Assembly: GCA_963422395.1 (NCBI GenBank)
Contig: OY729431.1
Location: forward strand, 1,856,001-1,920,000
DNA: 64,000 nt
DNA from: Vicinamibacteria bacterium
GTDB lineage: Bacteria > Acidobacteriota > Vicinamibacteria > Marinacidobacterales > Marinacidobacteraceae
Direction: 5' to 3'
Part shown: in pieces, positions 50,822 to 60,002 of the stretch
Position numbering within the stretch: the stretch's first letter is position 1
How the letters are laid out: the number at the start of each line of letters is the position of its first letter
The notes under the pieces: model-generated
Database searches by the model: none
Told to the model about the DNA's origin: nothing
Seen by the model: only the letters and a program-made list of their open reading frames with translations
Position numbers and translations under genes: made by a program

Positions 50822-51703
50822 TTAGAGCTCGAAGTGGCGGAGGATGCGGTCGAGCGCCTCTTCGGTCGGGGAGTCGAGCGCTGCCGCCGGAGCCCGGATT
50901 CCGGGATGGGAGATCGCACCCCGGCGCCGGAGCATCTCCTTGCGGATCGCCATGCCGATCCCCTCCTGGAACTCGAAGCGCATCATCGGGGCATAACGGT
51001 AGAAGACTTCGGCGGCGCCGTCCCGGTCGCCGGCATCCCAGCGCGACACCACCGAGACGAGCAGCTTCGGATAGGCGAAACCGGTCATGGCGCCGGTAGC
51101 GCCGGCGAGGAGCTCCTCGAGGAGATAGGTCCCGCCGAGACCGCCGAAGATGCCGATCTCGATATCCGGGGTCCGCTCCCGGATCCGCGCCGCCTTGTAA
51201 GGCGTCGGGGCATCTTCCAGCTTGATCGTCCGCGCCGCCGGGATCTCCCGGCACAGGCGGGCGAGGAGGTCCGGTTCCATGGGAAAGCCGGAGATCGGCG
51301 GAAAGTCCTGGATCACGATGGGGATCGAGATCGTGTCGGCGATCGCGGCGAAGTGGCGGAAGACCGCCTCCGCGTTGCACCTCGGGGCACGCGGCGGAGA
51401 CACCATCACCCCAGCGGCGCCCGCCTGCTCGGCGGCGCGGCAACGCTCGAGGCAGATGTCGAGGCCCGGACCGGAAGCGCCGACGATCACCGGAACCCGG
51501 CCCGCCGCATGGCTCATGCTGGCGTCGAGGATCTCGTCGCGTTCGCGGTCGGAGATCCGGGACACCTCGCTGGTCACGCCGAGGGCGGTGAACCCGGATA
51601 CGCCGTCCTCGAGGAAGAGCGCGATCACTCGGCCGAGGCTCGCGGAATCGAAGCGGCCGTCCGCAGCGAAGGGGGTCGGAAGAACCGAGTAGACACCGTT
51701 CAT
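50822..51703 (-). CDS. Dihydrodipicolinate synthase (DapA)-family lyase
   Basis: PTPF, LGVTSE, IKLED Schiff-base Lys, GAMTG. Confidence 0.9.
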   Translation of the reverse strand: MNGVYSVLPTPFAADGRFDSASLGRVIALFLEDGVSGFTALGVTSEVSRISDRERDEILDASMSHAAGRVPVIVGASGPGLDICLERCRAAEQAGAAGVMVSPPRAPRCNAEAVFRHFAAIADTISIPIVIQDFPPISGFPMEPDLLARLCREIPAARTIKLEDAPTPYKAARIRERTPDIEIGIFGGLGGTYLLEELLAGATGAMTGFAYPKLLVSVVSRWDAGDRDGAAEVFYRYAPMMRFEFQEGIGMAIRKEMLRRRGAISHPGIRAPAAALDSPTEEALDRILRHFEL

Positions 51704-51753
51704 GGGGCGATTCTCGCACAGCGGCACCCTCTCTCTGATACAACCCCGGTGTC

Positions 51754-52740
51754 ATGGAACTGCGCCTTCTCACCGCCGCCGAAGTCGTAGCGGCGATGCC
51801 CATGGCCGAGGCGATCCCGGTGGTGCGCCAGGCCTTCATCGAACTCTCCGCCGGCCGGGCGGTGATGCCGGTCCGTACCCGGGTGGAGGTGCCGCGTCGG
51901 TCCGGGATCAGCCTGCACATGCCGGCCTATCTGGAAGGCGGCCACCAGCTCGCCACCAAGATCGTCTCGGTGTTCCCCGAAAATCCGGGACGGATGCCGC
52001 CGCTGCCGACGATCCACGCCCTGGTGGTGGTTCTCGATCCCGAGACCGGGGCGCCCGCGGGAGTCCTCCACGGGGGGGCGCTCACCGCGATCCGCACCGG
52101 CGCCGCTTCGGGAGTCGCCACCGAAGAGCTCGCGCCAGCCGAAGTCCGGAGCGCCGGAGTGCTCGGCGCGGGAGTTCAGGCTCGCACCCAGCTCGAAGCG
52201 ATGGTCGCCGCGAGGCCGGGGATCGAGCGGGCCTCGGTGTACGACCCTCGGATCGGCGCCGCAGAAGCCTTCGCCGCCGAGATGTCGGAAAGGCTCGGTC
52301 TGCCGGTGACCGTCGCCTCCTCCGCCGATGCGGTCGTCGCCGCCTCCGAGGTGATCGCCGAGGCGACCACTGCGGAGACTCCGGTCTTCTCCGACGCCGC
52401 GCTCCGGGACGAGGCCCACCTGAACGCCGTAGGCTCGTTCACTCCCGCGATGCAGATCGTCCCCGAGGCAACCGTCGTCCGCTCGGCGGTGGTGGTGGAC
52501 CACCGCGAATCCTGCTGGGAAGAGGCCGGAGACCTGATCAAGCCCCGCGACCGCGGCGTAATCGACGAATCCCAGGTGCTCGCCGAGATCGGCGAGGTCG
52601 CCGCCGGAACCGCCCCCCGGCCCTCCAGCCGACCCACTCTGTTCAAGACCGTCGGCACCGCGGTCCAGGATGCCGCGGTCGGGGCGGCGACGCTCGCCCG
52701 CGCCGAGGAACGGGGTCTCGGAACGGTGATCGAACTGTAG
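51754..52740 (+). CDS. Ornithine cyclodeaminase/mu-crystallin family protein
   Basis: LHMPAY, KIVSVFP.N, LTAIRTGAASG, GAGVQA, FKTVG.AVQD. Confidence 0.92.
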   Translation: MELRLLTAAEVVAAMPMAEAIPVVRQAFIELSAGRAVMPVRTRVEVPRRSGISLHMPAYLEGGHQLATKIVSVFPENPGRMPPLPTIHALVVVLDPETGAPAGVLHGGALTAIRTGAASGVATEELAPAEVRSAGVLGAGVQARTQLEAMVAARPGIERASVYDPRIGAAEAFAAEMSERLGLPVTVASSADAVVAASEVIAEATTAETPVFSDAALRDEAHLNAVGSFTPAMQIVPEATVVRSAVVVDHRESCWEEAGDLIKPRDRGVIDESQVLAEIGEVAAGTAPRPSSRPTLFKTVGTAVQDAAVGAATLARAEERGLGTVIEL

Positions 52741-52894
52741 AAGACGCCGGGATGCGGGCCGGCATCAGCGGCGAAGGCGGTACGCAACCCGGACTGCTCG
52801 ACGCCTCTGACCGAGCCAGCGTCGGCGATGGCGGGGCACCGTCCGCCGACGGCCAGTTCCTGCGGCAGCCGGGGGATATCTCCGGACGCCCCGC

Positions 52895-53755
52895 TCACCG
52901 CCGCACCGGATTTTCGAGCCGGCCGATCTCGGCGACCTCGGCGCCCACCGTGTCTCCCTCCCGGATCTCCACCGCTCCCGGAGTTCCGGTGAGCAGGAGA
53001 TCGCCGGCGCGCCAGGTCATGTCTTCCGAGAAGAAGGAGAGCAGCTTCTCGGGGGAGTGCGTCATCCCCGCCACCAGGTCGCTGCGGACCGGCTCGCCGT
53101 TTCGGAGCGTCGCGGTGCGAACCGCCGGAAGCGATTCCGGGGCCGCCACTTCGTCCGGAGTGACGAGGCAGGGTCCGAGGCTCAGAAAGGTATCGAAGCT
53201 CTTGGCGCGGGTGAGAAAGCGCGGGTTCTGCCGCAGGATGTCCTCGGCGGTCAGGTCCACCGCGAGGGTGTAGGCGCCGATCGCCGAAAGCGCCTCGGCG
53301 GGCTCGAAGTCGCGCCCCGAGCGGCCGAGCACGACCACCAACTCCCCCTCCCCGGTGACCCGCCGTGAGGCCCGGGGCAGGCGCACCGGCTCACCCGGGC
53401 CGATGATGGACTCCTGCGGACGCAGGAAGCCGACGGGAGCATCCGGGGAGGAGGTGCCGAGGTCGGCGGCATGGGCGCGATAGTTGAGTCCGATGCACCA
53501 GATCTTCGGCGGCCGGACGAGGGGGGCGAGAATCCGGGCTTCGGCCAGCGGGATGCCGGGGAGATCGAAGCGGGCCGCAGCTTCGGCTTCGGCCTCGGCG
53601 AGCTCCGGGAGGCGGCCTCCCTGGACCAGTTCGTCGAGGTCGCCCGGAACCGCCGGCTCGAGTTCCGCTGCGAAGGCCCGGACCGGGACCAGCCGGCCGC
53701 CTTGCAGCGCGGCGGCTTCCGGCCCGTCCGGGCCGGCGTGGCGGTAGAGACGCAT
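52895..53755 (-). CDS. Fumarylacetoacetate hydrolase family protein
   Basis: KIWCIGLNY..H, EGEL, RAKSFDTF..LGP, LTGTPG. Confidence 0.92.
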   Translation of the reverse strand: MRLYRHAGPDGPEAAALQGGRLVPVRAFAAELEPAVPGDLDELVQGGRLPELAEAEAEAAARFDLPGIPLAEARILAPLVRPPKIWCIGLNYRAHAADLGTSSPDAPVGFLRPQESIIGPGEPVRLPRASRRVTGEGELVVVLGRSGRDFEPAEALSAIGAYTLAVDLTAEDILRQNPRFLTRAKSFDTFLSLGPCLVTPDEVAAPESLPAVRTATLRNGEPVRSDLVAGMTHSPEKLLSFFSEDMTWRAGDLLLTGTPGAVEIREGDTVGAEVAEIGRLENPVRR

Positions 53756-53812
53756 CCGGTGAGAATACGCCCCTCCGGGACGGGCGAGAATCGCTCTCCG
53801 AGACCGGCGGGA

Positions 53813-55096
53813 ATGGAACGGATCCGACTCGACTACGACGAACAGGGGCTGGATCTCCGGATCCCGGACCGGGCCGCCGGCCGCTTCGAAGTCATCCGGC
53901 CCCGCTTCCCGCCGCCGCTCGCGGACGAAGCCGGGGCGCTCCTCCGGGCCCTCCGGGAACCGGTCGCCGGCCCGCCGCTGCACGAGCGGGTGCCCCGGGG
54001 GGCCTCCGTCGCGATCTCGGTCTGCGATCCGACCCGTGCCCAGCCCCGGATCCCCATGCTCCGCGCCCTGCTCGAAGAGCTTCCAACCCCGCCGGAGCGG
54101 GTCACTCTGCTCGTCGCCACCGGGACCCATCGCCCGGCGACCGCGCGCGAGCTGGAAACGATGTTCGGCAGCGAGCTGCTCTCGGCCTGCGAGGTCGAAA
54201 ACCACGACTGCCGGGACGGCTCGGCGCTGGTCGAACTCGGGCGGACGGCGACCGGAGTCCCGGTGGCGCTGAACCGCCGCTTCGTCGAAGCCGATGTTCG
54301 CATCACCACCGGCTTCGTGGAGCCGCACTTCTTCGCCGGGTTTTCCGGGGGGCCGAAGATGATCGCCCCCGGACTCGCCGGCCTGGAAACGATCCTGATG
54401 CTCCACGACGGGCACCGGATCGGCCACCCCCGAGCGGTGTTCGGCATCACCGAGGGAAACCCGGTCCACGACGATGTGCGCGAGATTGCGCGGCGATTCC
54501 CGGCGGACTTCGGCCTCGATGTGCTCCTCGACGGAGAGAAGCGGATCACCGGAGTCTTCTCGGGCGATCTCGCCGAGGAACACGCTGCCGCCTGCCGGCG
54601 GTCGCGCGCCGAGGCGATGCGCCCGGTCGCCGGACCTTTCGAGGTGGTGGTGACCACGAATGCCGGCCATCCGCTCGACCTGAACCTCTACCAGGCGGTC
54701 AAGGGGATGGCGGCAGCGGCCAGGATCGTGCGCGAGAGCGGGACGATCCTCTGCGCCGCCGCCTGCCGCGAAGGGATCCCCGAAGGGGGCGCGTACGCCC
54801 GGGCGCTCCGCGCCGGTTCCTCGATCGAGGAAGTGCGGGAGGCGCTCGCCGCCTCCCCGGTGCGCCGGCCCGACGATTGGCAGGTCCAGATCCAGTGCCG
54901 CATCCTGGAACGGGCGCGGGTCGGGCTCTTTTCGAGGCTCCCCGACGAGACCGTCCGGGCGGTGCATCTGGATCCGGTGGCCGATCTCGACGCCGCCTGC
55001 CGGGAAGCGCTCGAGACTGCGGGGCCGCAGGCGCGGCTCGCGGTGCTGCCGCACGGACCGGTCACGATCCCTCATCTAGCTGTGACCTTGCGGTAG
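53813..55096 (+). CDS. larA: Nickel-pincer-dependent lactate racemase family protein
   Basis: DPTR, ATGTHR, NHD, EPHFFAGFSGGPK, LDLNLYQAVKG. Confidence 0.92.
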   Translation: MERIRLDYDEQGLDLRIPDRAAGRFEVIRPRFPPPLADEAGALLRALREPVAGPPLHERVPRGASVAISVCDPTRAQPRIPMLRALLEELPTPPERVTLLVATGTHRPATARELETMFGSELLSACEVENHDCRDGSALVELGRTATGVPVALNRRFVEADVRITTGFVEPHFFAGFSGGPKMIAPGLAGLETILMLHDGHRIGHPRAVFGITEGNPVHDDVREIARRFPADFGLDVLLDGEKRITGVFSGDLAEEHAAACRRSRAEAMRPVAGPFEVVVTTNAGHPLDLNLYQAVKGMAAAARIVRESGTILCAAACREGIPEGGAYARALRAGSSIEEVREALAASPVRRPDDWQVQIQCRILERARVGLFSRLPDETVRAVHLDPVADLDAACREALETAGPQARLAVLPHGPVTIPHLAVTLR

Positions 55097-55310
55097 GTTG
55101 TTCACACGAACCCGATGCCCGGAACTCATGGGCATCCACAACCCCTCAGCACAAGGAGGCGCCCGGCTGACGAGGCGCGATTCGGGAGGCATACCGGGAG
55201 TATTCCGACGGAATCGCAACGCCGAGCGAAGCGGTTCAGCCGGGCCCCCACCGGGAGGACTGGGCATCGCCGACCTTTGGCCGTGTGACTTCGTCCACAG
55301 GCTGCTCTAG
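55076..55310. mobile_element. TIR element copy A6: module gamma, 3' part of module alpha, right TIR; flanked by CTAG
   Basis: CTAG at 55076 and 55307. Gamma at 55079-55158, then alpha GGCGCCCGGCTGA..CCCCACCGGGAGGACTGG, then GTGTGACTTCGTCCACAGGCTG. Confidence 0.85.
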
Positions 55311-57707
55311 GGCGGGAATGAAGCCGGGAGTCAGGGTCAGGGTCCACGCAGCAGGGCCGGCGAGAAAGGGAGTCGGGCGTCCTTCCTCCCAGTCGCGGTG
55401 ACCCGCCAGGTAGTACGGCGATCCGGGGTGGCCCGACTGCCCGCCCGGCATGTGGAGGATGCCGCGGTGTTCCGCACCCGGAGCGACCACGAAGCGGTTC
55501 GACGGGCCGTGGGCTCCGTTCTGGGCGAGGGGCAGCCCGGCGTCGCCGGGAAGACCTCGGGGCGGCGCATCCAGCCAGCGGGACAGGAGCCGGGGCAGCG
55601 CCGGGCTCAGCGGATGACGGATGGAGACGAGATTCTCCCCGCCCCAGGAGCGCCCTTCGAGCGGGCCGTCAGCGGCCAGCCGGAGGGCGGCGTCGAGCAC
55701 CGCCCGTTCGAGCGCTTCCCGCCAGTCCGCCGCTCCCGGAGGTATGAAATGCGCCGGCTGCTCCCGGGCGAGGCGCAGGAGCGGCCCGGGCCACTGATTC
55801 GCGACCCAGGGCGAAAACTCGGGCAGCAGCTCGCTCGCGGGTCGGGTGAGCGCTCCGTACACGCTGCGGAAGAGCTCGAGCCTGGCGTTCCGCACCAGCG
55901 GATAGGCGGCGCTCTCGACGCTCGCCCTTCCAGTCCACCCCTGCCGCAACACCCGGGCGGCTTCGCCGGCGCGGGCTTCGCCGGATCCGCGAAGCGCTTC
56001 CAGGAAGAGCTTCCGCCAGACCTCGAGTTCCACCGCCCGGTCGTCGCGCTGGACCGAGAGCATCGCCGGTTCGTCGGCGGCTTCCACCCCGAGCAGCCGG
56101 TCCCGGATCTGCCGGGCGCGCGCACCGTGGGCATAGCTGCCGCCGCTGCCGATCCGGCCGAGCCACTCCCCATCCACGATCCGGTTGTTCGCGGTCCAGA
56201 GGAGCCCCGAAGGCGGATTCCGGATCGCGGGCATTTCGTCCGGCTCCAGGAAACCGTCCCAGCCCCGCTCGCCGTCGGCCCACGAAGTGGGGATTCTTCC
56301 GTCGAATCCCCTCCGCCGCGGAAGGGGCCCGGCGATGGTCCAGCCGATGGCGCCCGAACGGTCGGCGGCCACCAGGTTCTGGGGCGGCATTCCGCTTTCC
56401 CAGCCCGCGCGGAACAGCTCCTCGATGGACTCCGCCTCGGCGAAGTCCAACCAGCCGACCCGCCGGCCCGCCGGATCGTGCGCCGTCCAGCGGATCGCAT
56501 AGGGCCGGCCCCACCGCCGGGTGACCGGCCCCCAGATCGTCTCCTGAACCTCCAGGGTCTCCGGCGCTCCGCCGGAGACCAGCAGCCGCTCGGCGAACAC
56601 CTCCATCCGCCGAAAGCCCTCGGGAGTCCGGTAGCGCAGCGGTTCTGCGGGATCCGTCTCCAGCGCGACCAGATCGGTCCCGTCGCCCGCCGAGTTCGTG
56701 AAGCCCCACGCCACCCGGCCGTTGCTGCCCGCGATCACCGCCGGAATCCCGGGCAGCGTGAGCCCGGCGAGCCGGGTGCCGCCGAAGCGCAGTTCCGCGC
56801 GGTACCAGATGTTCGGAACAGCGAGCGGGAGGTGCATGTCGCTCGCCACCAGCGGTGCCCTGCCGGCCGTCCGCTCCGCCGCCACCGCCCACGAGTTGCT
56901 CCCGGAGGCCGGCGGAGGGGCGCCCGGACGAAGAGAGGGAGAGGCGGACGGGGTGATGGCGGACGCCCTTTCGAACCCGGCACGCCGGAACGCCCCGGGG
57001 CCGGGGATCTCCGGGGTGGGGAACGCTTCCCCCACGAGCGGCGCGTCGGACTCGGTGCCGGGCGGATTCAGGAAGCGGACGAGTTCTGCGGGGAGCGTCT
57101 GTTCGAGCGCGAGGATCCGGGCTTCGCGCAAGCCGGCGGCGTCGTTCAGCAGGAAGGCCATCGCCGCCACCACGAGCAGCGAATCGGAGGTCCGCCAGCC
57201 AGCCGGCTCCTCTCCGAGCAGCAGGTACTCGAAAGGCGCCGCCCCGAGCGCAGAGAGCCCGGCGTTCACTCCGTCCCGGTAGGTCTCGAGTGCTCGTCGT
57301 GCGGCGGGCGGCAGCGCCGCCGCCGTCCTCTCGGTCCGGGCGCGCATCCGGTGGAGCCGGGCCTCCCGGTCGGCGTCGAGTGCGGCGGCCCCGACGAGTG
57401 CCGCGAGCTCTCCGGCGGCCTGGCGGCGCATCAGGTCCATCTGGAAGAACCGTTCCTGGGCGTGGAGGAAGCCGAGGGCGCGGAAGCCGTCTCCGGCGGT
57501 CCGGGACGCGATCCGCGGCACTCCGAGACGGTCGCGTTCCACCCGGACCGGCGCCGAGAGTCCGGAGAGCGGCCGGCTTCCACGCAGTGCCGGCTGGCTC
57601 GCTCGGAGCCGCGCGCGAACGAAGAAGCCGGCGCCCACGAAACCCATGAGGACAACGCCGAGCAGAATCGCTCCGGCGAGCGCGATCAGGGAACGCCGCT
57701 TCTTCAC
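55236..57707 (-). CDS. Penicillin acylase (Ntn-hydrolase) family protein; C-terminus runs into repeat A6
   Basis: GFLHAQERFFQMD, GSNSWAV nucleophile Ser, DMHL, PGGQSGHP.SPYY. Confidence 0.92.
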   Translation of the reverse strand: MKKRRSLIALAGAILLGVVLMGFVGAGFFVRARLRASQPALRGSRPLSGLSAPVRVERDRLGVPRIASRTAGDGFRALGFLHAQERFFQMDLMRRQAAGELAALVGAAALDADREARLHRMRARTERTAAALPPAARRALETYRDGVNAGLSALGAAPFEYLLLGEEPAGWRTSDSLLVVAAMAFLLNDAAGLREARILALEQTLPAELVRFLNPPGTESDAPLVGEAFPTPEIPGPGAFRRAGFERASAITPSASPSLRPGAPPPASGSNSWAVAAERTAGRAPLVASDMHLPLAVPNIWYRAELRFGGTRLAGLTLPGIPAVIAGSNGRVAWGFTNSAGDGTDLVALETDPAEPLRYRTPEGFRRMEVFAERLLVSGGAPETLEVQETIWGPVTRRWGRPYAIRWTAHDPAGRRVGWLDFAEAESIEELFRAGWESGMPPQNLVAADRSGAIGWTIAGPLPRRRGFDGRIPTSWADGERGWDGFLEPDEMPAIRNPPSGLLWTANNRIVDGEWLGRIGSGGSYAHGARARQIRDRLLGVEAADEPAMLSVQRDDRAVELEVWRKLFLEALRGSGEARAGEAARVLRQGWTGRASVESAAYPLVRNARLELFRSVYGALTRPASELLPEFSPWVANQWPGPLLRLAREQPAHFIPPGAADWREALERAVLDAALRLAADGPLEGRSWGGENLVSIRHPLSPALPRLLSRWLDAPPRGLPGDAGLPLAQNGAHGPSNRFVVAPGAEHRGILHMPGGQSGHPGSPYYLAGHRDWEEGRPTPFLAGPAAWTLTLTPGFIPALEQPVDEVTRPKVGDAQSSRWGPG

Positions 57708-57734
57708 AGGCTGTGGGTATTCTCCCGGACGCTC

Positions 57735-58655
57735 ATGCGAAGCGGCTTCCGGTCTCGGCGATTCGGGCAGTTTCGGCGATTCGGTCTCGCGCTGTTCCCT
57801 CTCGCGGTGCTCATCGCTCCAGCGGCGGCCGCCTCGTCGGTGCAGGGAGACGAGACAGCGGAAGCCGCCGGCGGCGAGCCCGGCTGGTCGGGAAGCGCCG
57901 ACTGGAACCTCGCGAGCAATTGGGGCAACTCCAGTTCCGGCTCGATCGGCCTGGCCGGAGAGAGCCGGCGGGAGATCGGGCGGTTTCGCCTCCTGATCCG
58001 GGGCGGGCTGCTGCGGGCCAGCACCGATACGGTGAAGCGGGAAGCTTTCGGCGCTGCAGACAGCTTCGAAGTGTCCCGCACGGTGGAGAGCAAGGTCTCG
58101 GCGGATCGGGCCCACCTGCGCACCCGGATCTCCCAAGCGCAGACCGACCGTCCGGTGCAGTTCTTCGCCACCGCGGGCTGGGAGCGCGACGCTCGAGCCG
58201 GGGTGAAGGCACGGCTCGACCTCGGCGCGGGGATCGGCGCCTCGTTCGGCGAGACTCCCGTCGAAGGCGAGCTCGAACTCGGCGCGGGGATGAGCTACAC
58301 CCACCAGAGCGACGAAGTAGTGGATCCGGATCTCAGCAGCGGCACACTGGGACTGCGCTTCGATATGCGCGCTGAAAGAAGTTTCCGCGGCGCCGACCTC
58401 GCGCTGATCGCCGCCTCGACCTGGAGCCTGGGAAGCCGGGACGACCTCCGCCTCGATGTGACCGGGTCGGCGGCTTTCCCCCTCTCCCGCCGTCTCGCCT
58501 TCCGGACCAGCCTGCAGACCCTCTTCGATACCCGGCCATCGCTCGATCGGGTGCGCCTCCGCGCATTCCCCGGCGGACCAGCACTCGGAACGGTCATCGT
58601 GCCGAGACAGCGATTCGACCGGATCTTGATGATCGCCCTCGCTCTCCAGTTCTAG
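57735..58655 (+). CDS. Outer-membrane beta-barrel protein (DUF481-like)
   Basis: Signal peptide, W.GSA....GNS, amphipathic strands, C-terminal Phe (ALQF). Confidence 0.75.
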   Translation: MRSGFRSRRFGQFRRFGLALFPLAVLIAPAAAASSVQGDETAEAAGGEPGWSGSADWNLASNWGNSSSGSIGLAGESRREIGRFRLLIRGGLLRASTDTVKREAFGAADSFEVSRTVESKVSADRAHLRTRISQAQTDRPVQFFATAGWERDARAGVKARLDLGAGIGASFGETPVEGELELGAGMSYTHQSDEVVDPDLSSGTLGLRFDMRAERSFRGADLALIAASTWSLGSRDDLRLDVTGSAAFPLSRRLAFRTSLQTLFDTRPSLDRVRLRAFPGGPALGTVIVPRQRFDRILMIALALQF

Positions 58656-58957
58656 CAGTCCGTGGATGAAGTGGTGCGAGCACCGAGACCGGGCCAGTTC
58701 TCCCGGTGGGGGCGGCGCCTGGCGGACAAGGCGCGAATCGGGAGACAAACCGGCGTATTCCGACTGATTCGCAACGAAGAGCGAAGCGGTTCAGCCAGGG
58801 CCCCCACTGGGAGAACTGGGCATCGCCGGTCGCTCCGAGCGGGGCCGAATATGGCCCCGCGAGCACGCCGGAGAGTGAGGGGCTCCCGGTCGGGATCCCC
58901 GACGGGAGTCCCTCGCTACTCGGCAAATGCCGTGTGACTTTGTCCACGGGCTGCTAA
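58652..58957. mobile_element. TIR element copy A7, modules alpha + beta
   Basis: CTAG (DUF481 stop)-CAGTCCGTGGATGAAGT...ACTTTGTCCACGGGCTG-CTAA. Confidence 0.87.
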
Positions 58958-58967
58958 CTCGAAGCCG

Positions 58968-60002
58968 ATGCCGCTCGACGCGCCGCGGGCGGTGGTGATC
59001 GGACCGCAGCCCGGGAAGATCCACCTCGGCGCCGGGCTCGATATCCTGGGCCCGCCGCCGGGCACGGTGGCGGCCATCACCGTCGGCTGGCGCGAGACCG
59101 AGCCGGTAGCGCGCGAAGTGGATCGGGAGCTCGAGCGGTCCGGGCGCGAACCCGCGCCGCTGCTGATCGGGGAACGGGTAGGGCGCATCTTCGAGCGCGA
59201 CCCGGAGCTCGCCAGAGCCCATCGGGCACTCCAGGAGGGGCTCCTCGCCGAGGAGAAGCTGTACCGCGCGCGGCTCCGCCAGGCCATCGAGGCCTCGCGG
59301 GCGGTGGCCCGGCTCGGGGTGGGGGAGCGCTACCGGGCGCCCTATGTCGAGGAAGCCTGGAAGGGGATCGTGGCGGCCGACCGATTCCACATCGAACACC
59401 AGGCCGCGCTCTGGCGAGAGTTCCGCGCCGCCTTCCGCCCGACCGAACGGCCGGTGCTTCGCGCGGAGCGGGAAGAACTCGAGCGCATTCTGGCGGGCTC
59501 CGCCGCGGTGGTGCTGACCGGCGGGCAGGTGGCGGTGATCCGGAATCGGCTGCTGCTGCTCGATCTCGCCGGGGCGCTCTCGCGGCTTCCCATCCTGGCG
59601 TGGTCTGCGGGAGCGATGGTGCTCACCCGCCGGGTGGTGCTCTTCCACGACCGGCTCCCCTACGGTTCCGTCCGACCGGAGTTCCTGGGCGAGGGCCTCT
59701 CGATGCTGCCGGGGGCCGCACTGTTCCCGGATGCGGGCGGCCGGCTCGATCTCGAGGATCGGCAGAGCCTCCGAGAACTGGCCGGACGGGTGGCGCCCGA
59801 GCGCGCGGTTCTGCTCGACCCGGGCGATCAGCTCCTCTGGGACGGAGAGTGCTGGACCGCGGACGGCGGGATCCGGACGCTCTCTCCCGAAGGAGACATC
59901 GAGTGTGTGCCCCAGCTGCACCCCTCTCGCGATCTGCAGCCACCTCGGAAGCCGTCGTTCTCTCCGGTGCGGGCCTCGCCGCCGGGGAGCGAAGAGAAGT
60001 GA
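58968..60002 (+). CDS. Class I glutamine amidotransferase-like / peptidase S51-like protein
   Basis: LTGG.VAV, AWSAGAM nucleophile elbow, GLS.LPG..FP. Confidence 0.75.
   Translation: MPLDAPRAVVIGPQPGKIHLGAGLDILGPPPGTVAAITVGWRETEPVAREVDRELERSGREPAPLLIGERVGRIFERDPELARAHRALQEGLLAEEKLYRARLRQAIEASRAVARLGVGERYRAPYVEEAWKGIVAADRFHIEHQAALWREFRAAFRPTERPVLRAEREELERILAGSAAVVLTGGQVAVIRNRLLLLDLAGALSRLPILAWSAGAMVLTRRVVLFHDRLPYGSVRPEFLGEGLSMLPGAALFPDAGGRLDLEDRQSLRELAGRVAPERAVLLDPGDQLLWDGECWTADGGIRTLSPEGDIECVPQLHPSRDLQPPRKPSFSPVRASPPGSEEK

Noticed and set aside
57703-57716. CACAGGCTG match to the element right end
   Set aside because: Only 9 bp, overlapping the acylase start codon; likely chance.
55398-57734. 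Long overlapping ORFs (e.g. 5' part of 55398-58655, 19931-22885, 12477-15410, 49482-51920)
   Set aside because: These are shadow frames of real genes in high-GC DNA: Arg/Pro/Gly-rich with no recognisable motifs.
38860-58957. CRISPR array or REP/BIME interpretation of the repeats
   Set aside because: Copies are dispersed and 80-300 bp long, with TIRs and no regular spacers; no cas or RAYT gene is present.
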